A DNA stretch of 64,000 nucleotides from Macrostomum lignano. Lineage: Eukaryota. The stretch's first letter is position 1; each line of letters begins with the position of its first letter. The stretch lies in NCBI GenBank assembly GCA_002269645.1, contig NIVC01003776.1:13391-77390 (forward strand), read 5' to 3'. The notes beneath the pieces are model-generated. The model was not told where the DNA came from. It searched no databases and was given only the letters and a program-made list of their open reading frames with translations. Position numbers and translations under genes: made by a program. This document shows positions 52,701 to 64,000 of the stretch, piece by piece.

Positions 52701-55700
52701 ATGGCTCAAGATGAAGGTCTGTCTAAGTCACCTCTTACTGGTTCACCTCCCTTGGGGGTCTCCTTTCCTCTCCTCTGTTCTGTTCTGGTTCTCTCGTCCA
52801 ATTCTAAAATCTGCAACCGTTTCACACCTTCCTCTCCGCTCACTCACACCTTAGCAAACGGTTATGCAATTGTCGCACCTAATTATCATAATAGATATAT
52901 AATAGCCTATATATAGTTAAATGTAATTACGGTGACTGTAAAAGCACAAAACTATAATTAGGCCAATTCACATAGATAAGATAAGATAAATCGTTCCCGT
53001 AAACTGGACATTTATCAATTTATCAATAACCCCTCAGCTCCCCTCAGCTCGCGGACGAATTAGTTGACAAAAAATTGGCCCGAACTAATTTATTTCAATA
53101 TTCTCTGAACCATCTGTCACAATTTATTGGCTGGTAAAGATGCAGAGTTGAGTACAGTGGGTGAGTGAGGATACTTATTATTACAGCAGAGAACTCACTG
53201 ACTATATGCCACACGCACAATTATGCAGCAGCTTCCCAGATGAAGCTTGCTACTTAAGTAGTACCAAATATATAGGTGAAGGTGTAGAGTTGGTTTCGCG
53301 AATTGACAAGATTGGCAGACTACTATATGCGAACTGGCTCACTAGACGGGGCTTCATGGGAGAGCGAGAAGAAAGGCTGCATGACTTGGGAGGCATCTTT
53401 ATGAAGCACAATTTTCATAGTTACTAAGTTATAGAAGAAAATTTGTTAAAAAATAAATGACTTAGCACAAAAAGTCAAATTGAGATCATATTAAGAATTT
53501 GATAATATTTAGCTGGGAAGAGACATAAGAGAGGATAGAAGAGTGAGAAGAGACATGAGAGAGGAAAAAAGAGAGCTGAGAAGAGACAGGAGAGAGGAAA
53601 AAAGAGAGCTGAGAAGAGACAGGAGAGAGGAAAGAAGAGAGCTGAGAAGAGACATGAGAGACAAAAAGTCATAACTTGTTCTCTATTGTTTAGACGTGAT
53701 CCCACACTGTATGCATGCATTTGAATGATCCCACACTGTATGCATGCATTTATATGATCCCACACAGTATGCATGCATTTGAATGATCCCACACTGTATG
53801 CATGCATTTGAATAATCCCACACTGTATGCATGCATTTGAATAATCCCACACTGTATGCATGCATTTGAATGATCCCACACTGTATGCATGCATTTGAAT
53901 GATCCCACACTGTATGCATGCATTTGAATGATCCCACACTGTATGCATGCATTTGAATGATCCCACACTGTATGCATGCATTTGAATGATCCCACACTGT
54001 ATGCATGCATTTGAATGATCCCACACTGTATGCATGCATTTGAATGATCCCACACTGTATGCATGCATTTGAATGATCCCACACTGTATGCATGCATTTG
54101 AATGATCCCAAACTGTATGCATGCATTTGAATGATCCCACACTGTATGCATGCATTTGAATGATCCCACACTGTATCTATGAGAGTGATCCCACACTTTA
54201 TCAATAAGAATGATCCCACATTGTGTCTATAAGACTGATCCCGCACTGTATCGATGAGACTGATCCCACAGTGTATGTATGAGAGTGATCCCACACTTTA
54301 TACATTGTAGATAAGAATGATCCCACACTGTATCTATGAGAGTGATCCAACACTTTATCGATTTTGGGATTAAGCTTTGATCGCATCAGAGCGGCAGGCA
54401 ATCAAAATTCTGAGCGGCAAGAATTTCAACAAGAAATTATTGTAACTGAATGACTCTATTGACATTGGCATTGAATAGAAATTCTTCTTTCGAGAGCATC
54501 TTGAGATTGCGAAATAAGCGGCTTCACAATTCTCAACCTTTCACAATTTGAAAATTTTCAAGCCTACTTAAGTATAGTGTGAAATGATTATCTTTAGAGC
54601 ATAAGGAACTTCTTAGTGTCAACAACTAAAGTGCAAGTTCGTGATAAAAAATTTCTACTGAAAAATATTTTTTTGGACAAAAATTATAGCAAACTATTCT
54701 ACGGGCACAAAGCATGAATATTCCTAAGTTAAATAAATCGAAATCCAAACAAAACTCTATAACTACTCATATTTCACATTTGTAGACAAACCAAAATCTA
54801 AAACTATATAAATAAAAATCCAAATAAGCGCAACTGTCAACACGATTCTCTGTACAATATGACAAAAATTCTGGCTTAGAGATCCAGAGAGGCAATGTTC
54901 AAAACAAATTGGTTGAAGTCTCGCTCACTAATCTTTTTATGCTATTACTTCAGCATGAATACGAACTTTTGAGTATCTGCGTTCTTCACGGGCATAGCCA
55001 GAAGTGGAGGGGGTCCGTGGCCCTTGGTGCTGGCGCCCCTTGGTGCTGATGCCCCTTGGTGCTGGCCTAAACTTCAAAGGACCCTAAATTTCATAGGACC
55101 TAAACTACATAGGACCTAGATTTCATAGGACCTAAACTTGATAGGACCTAAACTTGATAGGACCTAAACTTCATAGGACCTTAACTTGATAGGACCTAAA
55201 CTTCATAGGACCTTACTTCATAGGACCTAAACTTCATAGGACCTAGATTTCATAAGATCTAAACTTGATAGGACTTAAACTTGATAGGACTTAGATTTCA
55301 TAGGACCCAATTTTGATAGGACCTAAACTTGATAAGACCTAAACTTGATAGGACCTAAACTTCATAGGACCTTACTTCATAGGACCTAAACTTCATAGGA
55401 CCTAAACTTCATAGGACCTAAACTTCATAAAGACATAAACTTCATAGGACCCAAACTTCATATAACTTCATCAAAATTGTCCATCGAGTGCCTGTTTCCA
55501 ATCCAAGTTCTCCAGGGGTCCATGCACGGTTCATGAGGGCCGGGATTGGGGATAGCTATAATAGCCGCTGCAAATTCCTCCCTGAAGGCAAGATATTGTT
55601 ATTAGAGAGAGAAGAAGAGCAGAAAATGCAGCATAGGGGTTGGGGGGGGGTAGCCTTAGCAGCGGTGTCATGAGCAAGTCCCTGCAAGCTCTCGGTGCAT

Positions 55701-56701
55701 AAACATACAGTTGAGAGAGAAGAAGTTGGTGTAAGATATTCTCTTATATAAGCATGGCGCACCCCTCGCTGCCTTATAATAATAGCTTCCGCCAAGACGC
55801 ATTCATCTGGTGCTTGGAGCTGCTGCAAGTATAGGATAAGAACAATTTTCCAGTTAACGAAGTTCTCGATAATTATTGTACTAACAAGACCATGGCGTAC
55901 AAATCATTCAATCTGGAGAGGAAATTACGTCAAAAAATCATTTTCGGTCAAGGATAAAAGCGATAATGGATTTTTTTAAAATTGTTTTAATTATTGATTT
56001 CATATGCTAATAAACTACTTAATTGAAGCAGTAGAAGTTAAGCGAATTTAAAAATAGCTTTAAATAGCTACGTATCGACCAGGGGTCGGCAAACTCCGGC
56101 CCACCAAGGCTCTCTATCAGGCCCTCGGGTCCTTGGAAACTTTACAATAGCAATCCGCCATGCTCATTGTTTGATATCCCTTCTCTCCTCTCTCCTGTCT
56201 CTTCTCAGCTCTCTTCTATCCTCTCTCATGTCCCTCTTCACAGGGCCTTCTTTCCTCTCTCATGTCTCTTCACAGCTCTCTTCTTTCCTCTCTCATGTTT
56301 CTTCTCAACTCTCTTCTCTCCTCTCTCATGTCCCTCTTCTCAGCTCTCTTATCTCCTCTCTCCTGTCTCTTCTCAGCTCTCTTCTCTCCTCTCTCCTGTC
56401 TCTTCTCAGCTCTCTTCTCTCCTCTCTCCTGTCTCTTCTCAGCTCTCTTATCTCCTCTCTCATGTTTCTTCTCAACTCTCTTCTCTCCTCTCTCATGTCT
56501 GTTCTCAGCTCTCTTCTCTCCTCTCTCATGTATGTTCTCAGCTCTCTTGTCTTCTCCCACATGTCTCTTCTCAGCTAAATATTCTCAACTTCTCAACTAA
56601 ATATTTGAAAAAAATTCCAACAACTCACCAATGGCCAGTGCAACTGAGACAGTTGAGACAAACAGAAACTTGCAGATCCAACTAGCAGACAAGTGCATCA
56701 T
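34739..56701 (-). CDS. Type I membrane protein: signal peptide, ~5 EGF/EB-like Cys modules, ZP domain, furin-type site, TM helix, cytoplasmic tail (~830 aa); one apparent 1-nt deletion in exon 6
   Basis: Phase-consistent exons 56701-56629, 52308-52009, 51000-50872, 46340-46250, 44329-44196, 44023-43866, 43364-43200, 41311-41064, 40835-40678, 40038-39881, 38939-38846, 35868-35688, 35553-35433, 35226-34739. ZP-N: VTVSCGNGLMEVTF...C...LRLDSDTACG...MCTV. ZP-C: LLVKQCTV...FPAFRLGGSLPTVYFACTVRIC...CDP..C. Then KMTKRS, hydrophobic patch EEIRLVVI and TM VIIIILILLVLLALLSGLIIVVY-RRR. The acceptors of exons 4 and 12 are least certain. Confidence 0.82.
36119..37077. mobile_element. Degenerate hAT-like element carrying an internal cactcatttt(a/g)gcgccgcag minisatellite
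   Basis: Ends CCTGGGGCGTCGCC / GGCGAAGCAACTG are loosely inverted; flanks TTAGTAGC / TTAATAGC (7/8). The internal array 36190-36930 contains a ~402-bp higher-order duplication (36188 vs 36590). Confidence 0.45.
37850..38445. repeat. 36-bp minisatellite (gcaggcacactctcacacagatcccggatactgtat), ~16 copies
   Basis: ZP-gene intron; source of the QAHSHTDPGYCM and RDLCESVPAYSI ORFs. Confidence 0.95.
40178..40500 (-). mobile_element. tRNA-derived SINE family 1, 5'-truncated copy
   Basis: Clearly alignable to 33496-33805 (gtgtgcaccctggcgcactttaagcgacattgtcac...ttggaatcgagcctgggccgctggca). Confidence 0.7.
42540..42790 (-). mobile_element. Diverged SINE family 1 relative
   Basis: Shares cctgagca...caagcgcg...acacag...cggccc..acttt..atcgtcagg with 40260-40355 and has B-box GGTTCGATTC on the minus strand at ~42722-42731. 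Confidence 0.5.
43500..43730. repeat. ~23-bp tandem repeat built on the palindrome AGTGACGTCACT (CRE core TGACGTCA)
   Basis: About 10 units; perfect TGACGTCA at ~43536, 43559, 43582, 43651, 43674. Confidence 0.85.
45040..45690. repeat. 53-bp minisatellite (ggggtcctatagactctcttagatggacgattccatgactgattgaggaagct), ~12 copies
   Basis: Period 53 read directly (45061 vs 45114). Confidence 0.95.
46785..50770. repeat. ~4-kb GAGATCACAC(AC)A 11/13-bp satellite with higher-order blocks
   Basis: Fills most of ZP-gene intron 3; the plus strand has almost no T outside GATC. Confidence 0.97.
51755..51900. repeat. ~20-bp degenerate repeat (ccacaacgaattaacaaatt)
   Basis: About 7 imperfect copies. Confidence 0.75.
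53695..54350. repeat. 29-bp minisatellite (gatcccacactgtatgcatgcatttgaat) decaying into variants
   Basis: The 29-aa cycling ORFs confirm a 29-nt period; contains the ATGCATGCAT palindrome. Confidence 0.95.
55085..55455. repeat. 16-bp minisatellite (ataggacctaaacttc)
   Basis: Period 16 (55141 vs 55157); preceded by GC-rich ccccttggtgctg repeats suggestive of a transposon end. Confidence 0.9.
56080..56590 (+). mobile_element. hAT-like end (CAGGGGTCGGCAAA) followed by CT-rich ~35-bp repeats
   Basis: Homologous to the reverse complement of 6750-6817; the CT tract has an inverted copy at ~53490-53665. Confidence 0.55.
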
Positions 56702-58794
56702 TAAAAGCAAAAACAAGTTACAAGGGCTCTTTCTGCACCTAATTAAGAGAATCTTCAGCGAGCAGGTATTCTTTAGGTAGAGTTATCGAAGTTTACAACC
56801 GTCTCTCTAGATCGTTAGCCATTCGGTTCGGGCTTCTTGTTAACTAAGGGCTTTATCTACAAGAAAGAGGGAGTGACGGAAAGGCGCCGCGATGAATGAT
56901 TATTATGTCCAGTCCCCGTGTCAACGGATCTCGATAGACTGATAGACAGAAATAGACAGGACTCAGATGGATAGAAGCTCAGGGGAGGTTGGTGATGGGG
57001 GCTGGCTTGGTCCAGCTCAGCTCCTCTTCTGTTGAAGTTTTTTTGGAGTCTTCCCCTCTCTTCCAATGCTACACCGCTGTGCCTGTCTGTGTGAGTGTGT
57101 GAGTGACTGACTGAGTGAGCGAGCGCGAGCGTATTTGGGTGAGCGCATTTTGGGGTCTCTGTGAGTTGCGCCACAGCTATCTTATTGGATTCCCTTTCTC
57201 GTTGCCAATGCCCAGGGGGTGGGAAGGAGTGGAGGGAGAGAGAGACGGAGAGACGGAGAAAAAACGCCGAGGGTCCAGCGGCAGACGCAAAGCAGCAAGT
57301 GCGGAGCAGAAACAGAAGCAGGAAGCGGGAAACAAACCCTCACTTCACCTCAGCCGGAGAACCCCAGAAACCCCCCCCCCAAGGTTTTTTCAAACAGCCT
57401 TTCTCATGCCGACATTCCACCGACAAACAACAGGTTTTGGGAGGGGGGTGGGGCAGCGTAATGGGGAGAGGCTCTGACTAATTTTCATATTGGATGTTTT
57501 GGCCAGTTGTTATTTGGTAATAAAATCAATCTATCAATTTGAGTTTAACCGCACCTGTATGGTATTAATAGCAATACTTTTGGCTTCTTCTTCTTCTCAG
57601 TGCAATCTCGCATCTAGCAAAACTGCAGATTCTGCTAGGTGACACATCTAGAGACACTTTGTGGTGTCTAGGGACTCATGTAGGCATACATCTAGGGACT
57701 TTTCTAGGAATTCTTCTAGGGACTCTTCTATAGGGACACATCTAAGGACACTTCGAGGAAAACATCTAAGGACACATCTAGGGACACATCTAGAGACTTT
57801 TTTAGGAAACCTTCTAAGGACTCTTTGGAGTCTCCTCTAAGGACTGTTCCAGGGACACATCGAGGGACTCTTTTAGAGACTTTTCCAAGTACATTTCTAT
57901 CGACTCATCCAAGAAATTCTTCCAAGCTAGCTATAAGTTTTCGCTCGCTAATTTTTATAACTGCTGGCCGAAATTGGCAAAGTTACACGATGTTTCAAGA
58001 TCACTGAGCCTTGCTCATGTACATGTACTTTACTAGAATGGACCCAACTGCAGACAGACAACTCAGCTCTAAATACTGATCACGGATGCGGCATTATATA
58101 AGACTGTAGAAGCTGATTCCAATGAGTTAATAGACAATATATATGATGGGAAGAACTTTACCTTCAATTGGATAAAATCGTAGGAATACGAAAATACGTA
58201 CCGGCGCAGTGACCAGCTATTTATGGTATCAGGCAGCCCAGTCCTGCATCGCCACAGCCATGCATGCAATTGCCACTGCTTTATGGTTAATTAATTATTT
58301 ATTAGGGCCAGGCTTCCTCTCTGTCCATCCTCCCTCTCTCTCCCTCTCTCCCATTCATCCTCTATTCCTCTCTCTCCCTCTCCTCCCTGTCAAAGCGAAG
58401 CGTCAGTCGGCCAATCCAGATCCCGGATCTAAAAGTATTCCACGACGACGACTGCTGAGATCTGCTGAGCATAGTTACTGAATAGTTGTAGTCTATATAG
58501 CATGGTAGTTAGTTGACTAAAAACTACGACCTAAAATAGTGGAAACAATGAACTGAGAAACAATGACAAGCTTCAGCCAGGAAAGTAGCAGCACAAAAAT
58601 TGAGCAATAAACAGCTCAAAGACAGATAAGAATGAGGAACTGAATGAAGAGAGACTCTGAGTGAGACGTAGGGATCAATAGACTCAGACGTAGCGCAAGT
58701 TTGCGTAGCGCAAAAAGCATAAATTTTAATTAATTTCTTTTTTTTCATACTCCATAGGCTATGATCCCATTCATGGGATGATTTCAGATGGTAC

Positions 58795-58975
58795 ATTCCG
58801 GATGTGGTATTCCGGATGGGGTATTCTGGATGAGGTATTTCGGGTGATCGGATAGTCTGATGGGATATTCCGGATGGGATATTCAGGATGGAGTATTCCG
58901 GATGGGATATTCAGGATAGAGTATTCCGGATGGGATATTTCAGGTGGGATATTCCGGATGGGGTATTCCGGATCA
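58795..58975. repeat. 14-bp repeat (gggatattccggat)
   Basis: About 12 imperfect copies. Confidence 0.85.
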
Positions 58976-59564
58976 TGGGATGCACAAACTAAAAATAAAT
59001 AACCACAACTAAATCAATTACTCATAACTCGTACTATTTTTTTAAATTATGGAAATTCACAATTTAAAGTTTTCCCAATTCCAAACAGTTCAATTTCTTT
59101 CCCAAATGCAATTTTTTAACGACTCTGGATTGGTTATTAAGTGGTCGCAGCTGCGATCGCAGCGGTCACGGTTTTCAATAGTTTTAAAATCTAGCAGTCA
59201 GTGTTTAAGGTCTGACTCGATCTGAATATGGCAGAACTATAGCCATAAAAAAAGTTAGCCGTTTAACCACTCCTAATCTGTGAGCTGAAGTTAACTAACA
59301 CTTGGCAATAGTTTGAATAACCCATATATAAAATCTATATTATGGCTAAAACATAAATTTTGACCCAACCAATATCGCAACTCTATAAGGGGTATGCAAC
59401 AGAATTTTTCAATTCTTTTTTACGTTGGGTCCTTGCAGAATTGATTGCAGTACGACAGATTGCCCTGTATTACACACACACACACACACTCATGCACACA
59501 CACACACACACACACTCATGCACACGCTCACACAGGGTGTACACCGGTATTCTTAAACTACACC

Positions 59565-60400
59565 GATATTCTCATACTTGACAGATATTTTCATACTTGA
59601 CGGATATTCTCATACTTGTCGGATATTCTCATACTTGACGGATATTCTCATACTTAACAGATATTCTCATACTTGACGGATATTCTCATACTTGACGGAT
59701 ATTCTCATACCTGACAGATATTTTCATACTTGACGGATATTCTCATACTTGAGGGATATTCTCATACTTGACGGATATTCTCATACTTAACGTATATTCT
59801 CATACTTAACGGATATTCTCATACTTGACGGATATTCTCATACTTGACGGATATTCTCATACTTGACGGATATTCTCATACTTGACGGATACTTTCATAC
59901 TTGACGGATATTCTCATACTTGACGGATATTCTCATACTTGACGGATATTCTCATACTTGACGGATATTCTCATACTTGACGGATATTCTCATACTTGAC
60001 GGATATTCTCATACTTGACGGATATTCTCATACTTGACGGATATTCTCATACTTAACGGATATTCTCATACTTAACGGATATTCTCATACTCAACGGATA
60101 TTCTCATACTTGAGGGATATTCTCATACTTGACGGACATTCTCATACTTGACGGATATTCTCATACTTGACGGATATTCTCATACTTGACGGATATTCTC
60201 ATACTTGACGGATATTCTCATACTTGACGGATATTCTCATACTTGAGGGATATTCTCATACTTGACGGATATTCTCATACTTGAGGGATATTCTCATACT
60301 TGACGGATATTCTCATACTTTATTGATCTTCTCATATTTGACGGATATTCTCATACTTGACGGATATTCTCATACTTAACGGATATTCTCATACTTTATC
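59565..60400. repeat. 19-bp minisatellite (ttgacggatattctcatac), ~43 copies
   Basis: Period 19 read directly (59821 vs 59840). Confidence 0.95.
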
Positions 60401-60882
60401 AATATGCTCATACGAGCTACTTCGCAGATACTCTCATGTCTCACCGATATTCTCATTTCATGAAAAAAATAAAAAAACGGGCAAATCTCAGCAAGAAGTC
60501 GTGTTACGCGCAGTTCCAATTGCTACAAGCAGGCAATATATTTTGATATATAACATAGCAAGGTAGGTTCGCTTTCAATAAAATCAGACGGAGAAAAATG
60601 AAGAGTCATCCAGAGTATATGGTTTAGTGTAAAGGAACGTACTCGTAATAAAAAACTCTTTCATAGTCGCAAATATACGAGCGTAGGTTAACTACTAAGA
60701 GTAGCTAGTAAAGCATGTTAACAGGCATAAAGTGGGTTTGATTGATTGATTGAACGCAGCATATTATTATATCTGTGAAAATACAACATATTTAAGAGAT
60801 GGACTTTCTCTACCTGTGCCATCCATAGCGTTGTGTCATCCATAGCGTTCACGTCACGAGGGGCCAACCCCGCCCCCAAGGC

Positions 60883-60915
<33 letters not shown>

Positions 60916-61426
60916 CGATTAGAAAGTCGGGGGCCACAGATACTAAAATAACTAGATGGGTCCCTCATGTATCCGATCGTATACTTACCAAAACAGCTTT
61001 CTACTTTCAGTTCAGTAGCAAAGAAGAATACATAAGCTATTTTATAAGAATAAAGGCAGCCGAAACGACTACTATAAGTTTAGGAAGCCCAAGCTTGCAG
61101 GCGTAAACAACTTGCTAATTGGTTCAGCCATGTACATTAGCCAGTCCACTGAAATGTACATGGCAGCTTTAGACTGGAATTCCGAGAAAGGCAATAAAAA
61201 TTGGGGTGGGCGGGGGGTAGTGTGGAAAGGCGCGGTTGGAGAGTTTAAGCGGGGGGGGGAGGGTAAGAGCCAATAAATGAACCTCGGCTTTAAAATACAT
61301 TAAAATGCTTCCGTTTAACTTGCTACTGAACTGAAAGTAGTCTACACGCAAATGTGCTAAGAGGCACATATAATTATTCTAAGTATCTGTGGTTGGGGCC
61401 GATGTCGGGACACTCTCATGACGTCT

Positions 61427-62728
61427 TCAGTCCGTCAGCCGATTTTCGTAGACGGTGCTGGTGTGAGACGCTGGCAGCACGTGCAGCACAATCACTATGC
61501 TGAGCACTGTGCAGGTTAAATAGAATTCAAACAAAAATTTGTCAATCACCTCGGCTATGTACAGCCACTTGGCCCGCTCCATTCTGTTCATGTCGACCTC
61601 GTCGTCGCTGGTGACCGCCGCGTTGGCGTCTCGGCCAGCAATTCTGTCGAAGCCCTCGGCAAAGGCTGCCTCCTGCCAGCGCAGCTGGGTGAAGGTGACG
61701 GGCCCAAGGAAGCGTCGACTGATTCGCCACAGCCACAGCGGCACGGTCGGACAGGGGTCGGTGTCGCCTCTGCTCTGCACGTGCATCACTATCGTGGCCA
61801 TAATTAGCGACAGCGAGTTCAGAGTCATCACCGTGGTGAGGAATATCCCAATGATTGGAGTGGAATTCGACTCGGGAGTGTTCTCCGCGATGAGCAGCTC
61901 GAGGAAGTAGAGAAATAGGAACACGGTTAGACCGATTTCGATCTTCTCGGCAATATGACAGGGCAGCCAGAAGCTGAACAGCGTCAGGATGCACAGCATG
62001 ATGCTTGGAGCAATGACAGTGTAGGAATAGTACAGAGCTTTCCTCTCGATGTGAATTCTCAGCCGGAGCATCGGGAATGTCAGGTTGTTCAAGGTCGTTT
62101 GCACCGACCGCTGCATCTGCAGACCGGAGACTTGCAGTTCGGAGTGCTGCTCAAGGATGGACTTGTCAACCGCGCCGCCACGGCCTGGTGGCATCTGCAG
62201 GTCAACCTGTCTGGCATCGTAGGTCCACGAAGCGAACACGATATCGCAAAACTGATGATCGAATGGAAAATAGAGTACGTCAACGCTGCAGGAGCTCTTG
62301 ATCGTCGACGGAATGTTCCAAACTACGTGGCCAGAGTGGCTCACAGTCACTCGGCTGCTGTTGTCGAAGATGAACCCATCGTTGCCATCAGCCGCGTTGT
62401 TGTAGACGTAGATGTCTGGCACCCAGACTTCCCCAGCCGGCAGTACGAACTCTTCTATGCCAGAATAATTTTCCGGACTCCAAGTGAGTCGTTCGTCGCG
62501 CCACGACTCCATGACAACAACGTTCATGTGTAATATTTGATTCTTCTCGTCCAGATCCATTAAGCGATTGAGCTTGACACTGAATGTAACGTTTAGCACG
62601 GTGTTAGCCAGGTAAACAGGTCGCGAGCTCTTCTCGTATCTTCTAGTAAGTACCTGGTAGAGATCCTCGTGGCTACCGGACTCAGCTACGGTTGCTACTA
62701 GAAGCAAAAGAGACCAAGACTTCAGCAT
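61427..62728 (-). CDS. Intronless nicotinic acetylcholine receptor-like Cys-loop ligand-gated ion channel subunit, non-alpha type (433 aa)
   Basis: Single ORF with signal peptide, WVPDIYVYNNAD, Cys-loop CSVDVLYFPFDHQFC (13-residue spacing), FASWTYD and four TM segments (YYSYTVIAPS.., AEKIEIGLTV.., PIIGIF.., KWLYIAEVIDKFL..). No vicinal CC in loop C. Confidence 0.93.
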   Translation of the reverse strand: MLKSWSLLLLVATVAESGSHEDLYQVLTRRYEKSSRPVYLANTVLNVTFSVKLNRLMDLDEKNQILHMNVVVMESWRDERLTWSPENYSGIEEFVLPAGEVWVPDIYVYNNAADGNDGFIFDNSSRVTVSHSGHVVWNIPSTIKSSCSVDVLYFPFDHQFCDIVFASWTYDARQVDLQMPPGRGGAVDKSILEQHSELQVSGLQMQRSVQTTLNNLTFPMLRLRIHIERKALYYSYTVIAPSIMLCILTLFSFWLPCHIAEKIEIGLTVFLFLYFLELLIAENTPESNSTPIIGIFLTTVMTLNSLSLIMATIVMHVQSRGDTDPCPTVPLWLWRISRRFLGPVTFTQLRWQEAAFAEGFDRIAGRDANAAVTSDDEVDMNRMERAKWLYIAEVIDKFLFEFYLTCTVLSIVIVLHVLPASHTSTVYENRLTD

Positions 62729-63469
62729 TGTTAGCTAAGCTTACGGTCCTCTGATTGCCAAAGGCTTGAAGCAAAGGCCTGATTAACTGGCGCATCAATA
62801 TATAGGCAGCCTATAGCTCTGGAAGCTAATAGAATTTCTACCAAAAGTAGAGAAGACAGGGTTTTCATAGATAGCTAGAGAGCTCCTCATTTGTAGCCGA
62901 GAGGGGAGGGGCTGAACTTTTTCTTTCCCTATACTATGTCCATTCCCTTCTCTCTTCCGGGACCGCGACCGAGCTCCGAGAGAGCTGGAACGTGGGAAGA
63001 AACTGATTTTGGAAGAGAGAGGGGGGAATATAGCCGCGTACGCTTGGTAAGCGAGTGCAACAGCTACATGCAAACTATCGAGAGTAGCTAGCCTCGGGGA
63101 TATGGATCCACTCCCGTTCCCGCAGAGGAGACACGAATCCGGTGCGTATTATCGAGTGTTCCCCTTCCAACCTGAGAGATTCAAACCCATCTGTGTACTG
63201 ACTACAGCATGGCCTACAGCTCCTCTGCAGAAAATAGCATTTGGTTTAATAAGTAGAGTCTGCGAGGATTTCACTGACCTGCAAGATGCACCTGCAAAGC
63301 CCCAGGCTTAGCGTAGCGTAAACTGACATTTTGAACCACTTTTTTGCGCTGGAAAATTCATTTTATTCGCTAACCACACTGTAAGCACTTGGATAGTCAT
63401 ATGCAGAGTTTTCTTTTCAAATGAACATACGGCATGTAGTGAAGATAGGGGACTGCAACCCAGGAATAC

Positions 63470-63630
63470 GAATTCTGACACTATTAGATACCACTAATGA
63501 TATTAAGCGTCACTAGCACTAATAAAGATCACTGACACTATTAGGCGTTCACTGACACTATTAGGCATTCACTGACATATTAAGCACTCGGTGACACTTG
63601 TAAGCCTTCACTGACACTATTTAGGCATCA
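63470..63630. repeat. ~20-bp degenerate repeat (actgacactattaggcattc)
   Basis: About 7 imperfect copies. Confidence 0.75.
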
Positions 63631-64000
63631 CTGATACGTACTATATTACGAGCGTAGGTCTTCATGACATCCACCTTAATGTTTGATAATGACGCACAAG
63701 TCGGTACTTTTGAAAAAGAAATGTTGGATCAAAAATTCTGTGTAGTTAACTGCAGCTCATTTTGAAGTTTTCTCTAATATCACTTGACATGAAAGTAGTA
63801 TGTGGAGAAAATTGTACACATACTACCTTGTATTTTTCAGAAATAAAAAGTAAGTTTGTAAGGAATTTAATTTATTCAGGTATCATTTTCAAATTATATG
63901 CAAGTCTGAAAATAAATGCAGAAAAATTATAATCGTTCAAATCTACACCAAAAAACTCTTTGAAAACTGACAATTCAAAATTATCTCGCTTCCCTGACTC

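Noticed and set aside
53475-54294. Cys-rich metallothionein-like ORFs
   Set aside because: 29-bp satellite translation (29-aa cycle through three frames).
55556-55828. Extra exon of the ZP gene
   Set aside because: Its open frame needs a phase-0 acceptor, whereas exon 1 (phase 1) joins cleanly to 52308.

Overview
Eukaryotic (invertebrate animal) genomic DNA, not prokaryotic. Flatworm-like (e.g. Macrostomum-type) origin is only a low-confidence impression. Splicing by hand (GT/GC-AG sites, phase-checked) gives five genes. (1) An N4BP2/NONU-1-like P-loop kinase-CUE-CUE-DUF1771-Smr protein (minus, 5 exons). (2) An M17 leucyl aminopeptidase (plus, 6 exons). (3) A secreted six-WSC-domain protein whose 17 internal exons (11 micro-exons, 6 WSC exons) are all symmetric phase 1, with GC-AG donors and internal tandem duplications. 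(4) A ~830-aa EGF/EB-like + ZP-domain type I membrane protein over 22 kb (minus, 14 exons), largely missed by the ORF track. (5) An intronless non-alpha nAChR-like Cys-loop subunit with an atypical pore and binding site. Many larger introns carry their own minisatellite, and most long ORFs in the track are translations of these arrays. There are also hAT-type non-autonomous elements with 8-bp TSDs, a foldback MITE and two tRNA-derived SINE families (one CORE-like). Four single-base homopolymer frameshifts interrupt otherwise intact exons and are most simply assembly errors. The best candidate for an undescribed system is the cassette-built WSC micro-exon gene.
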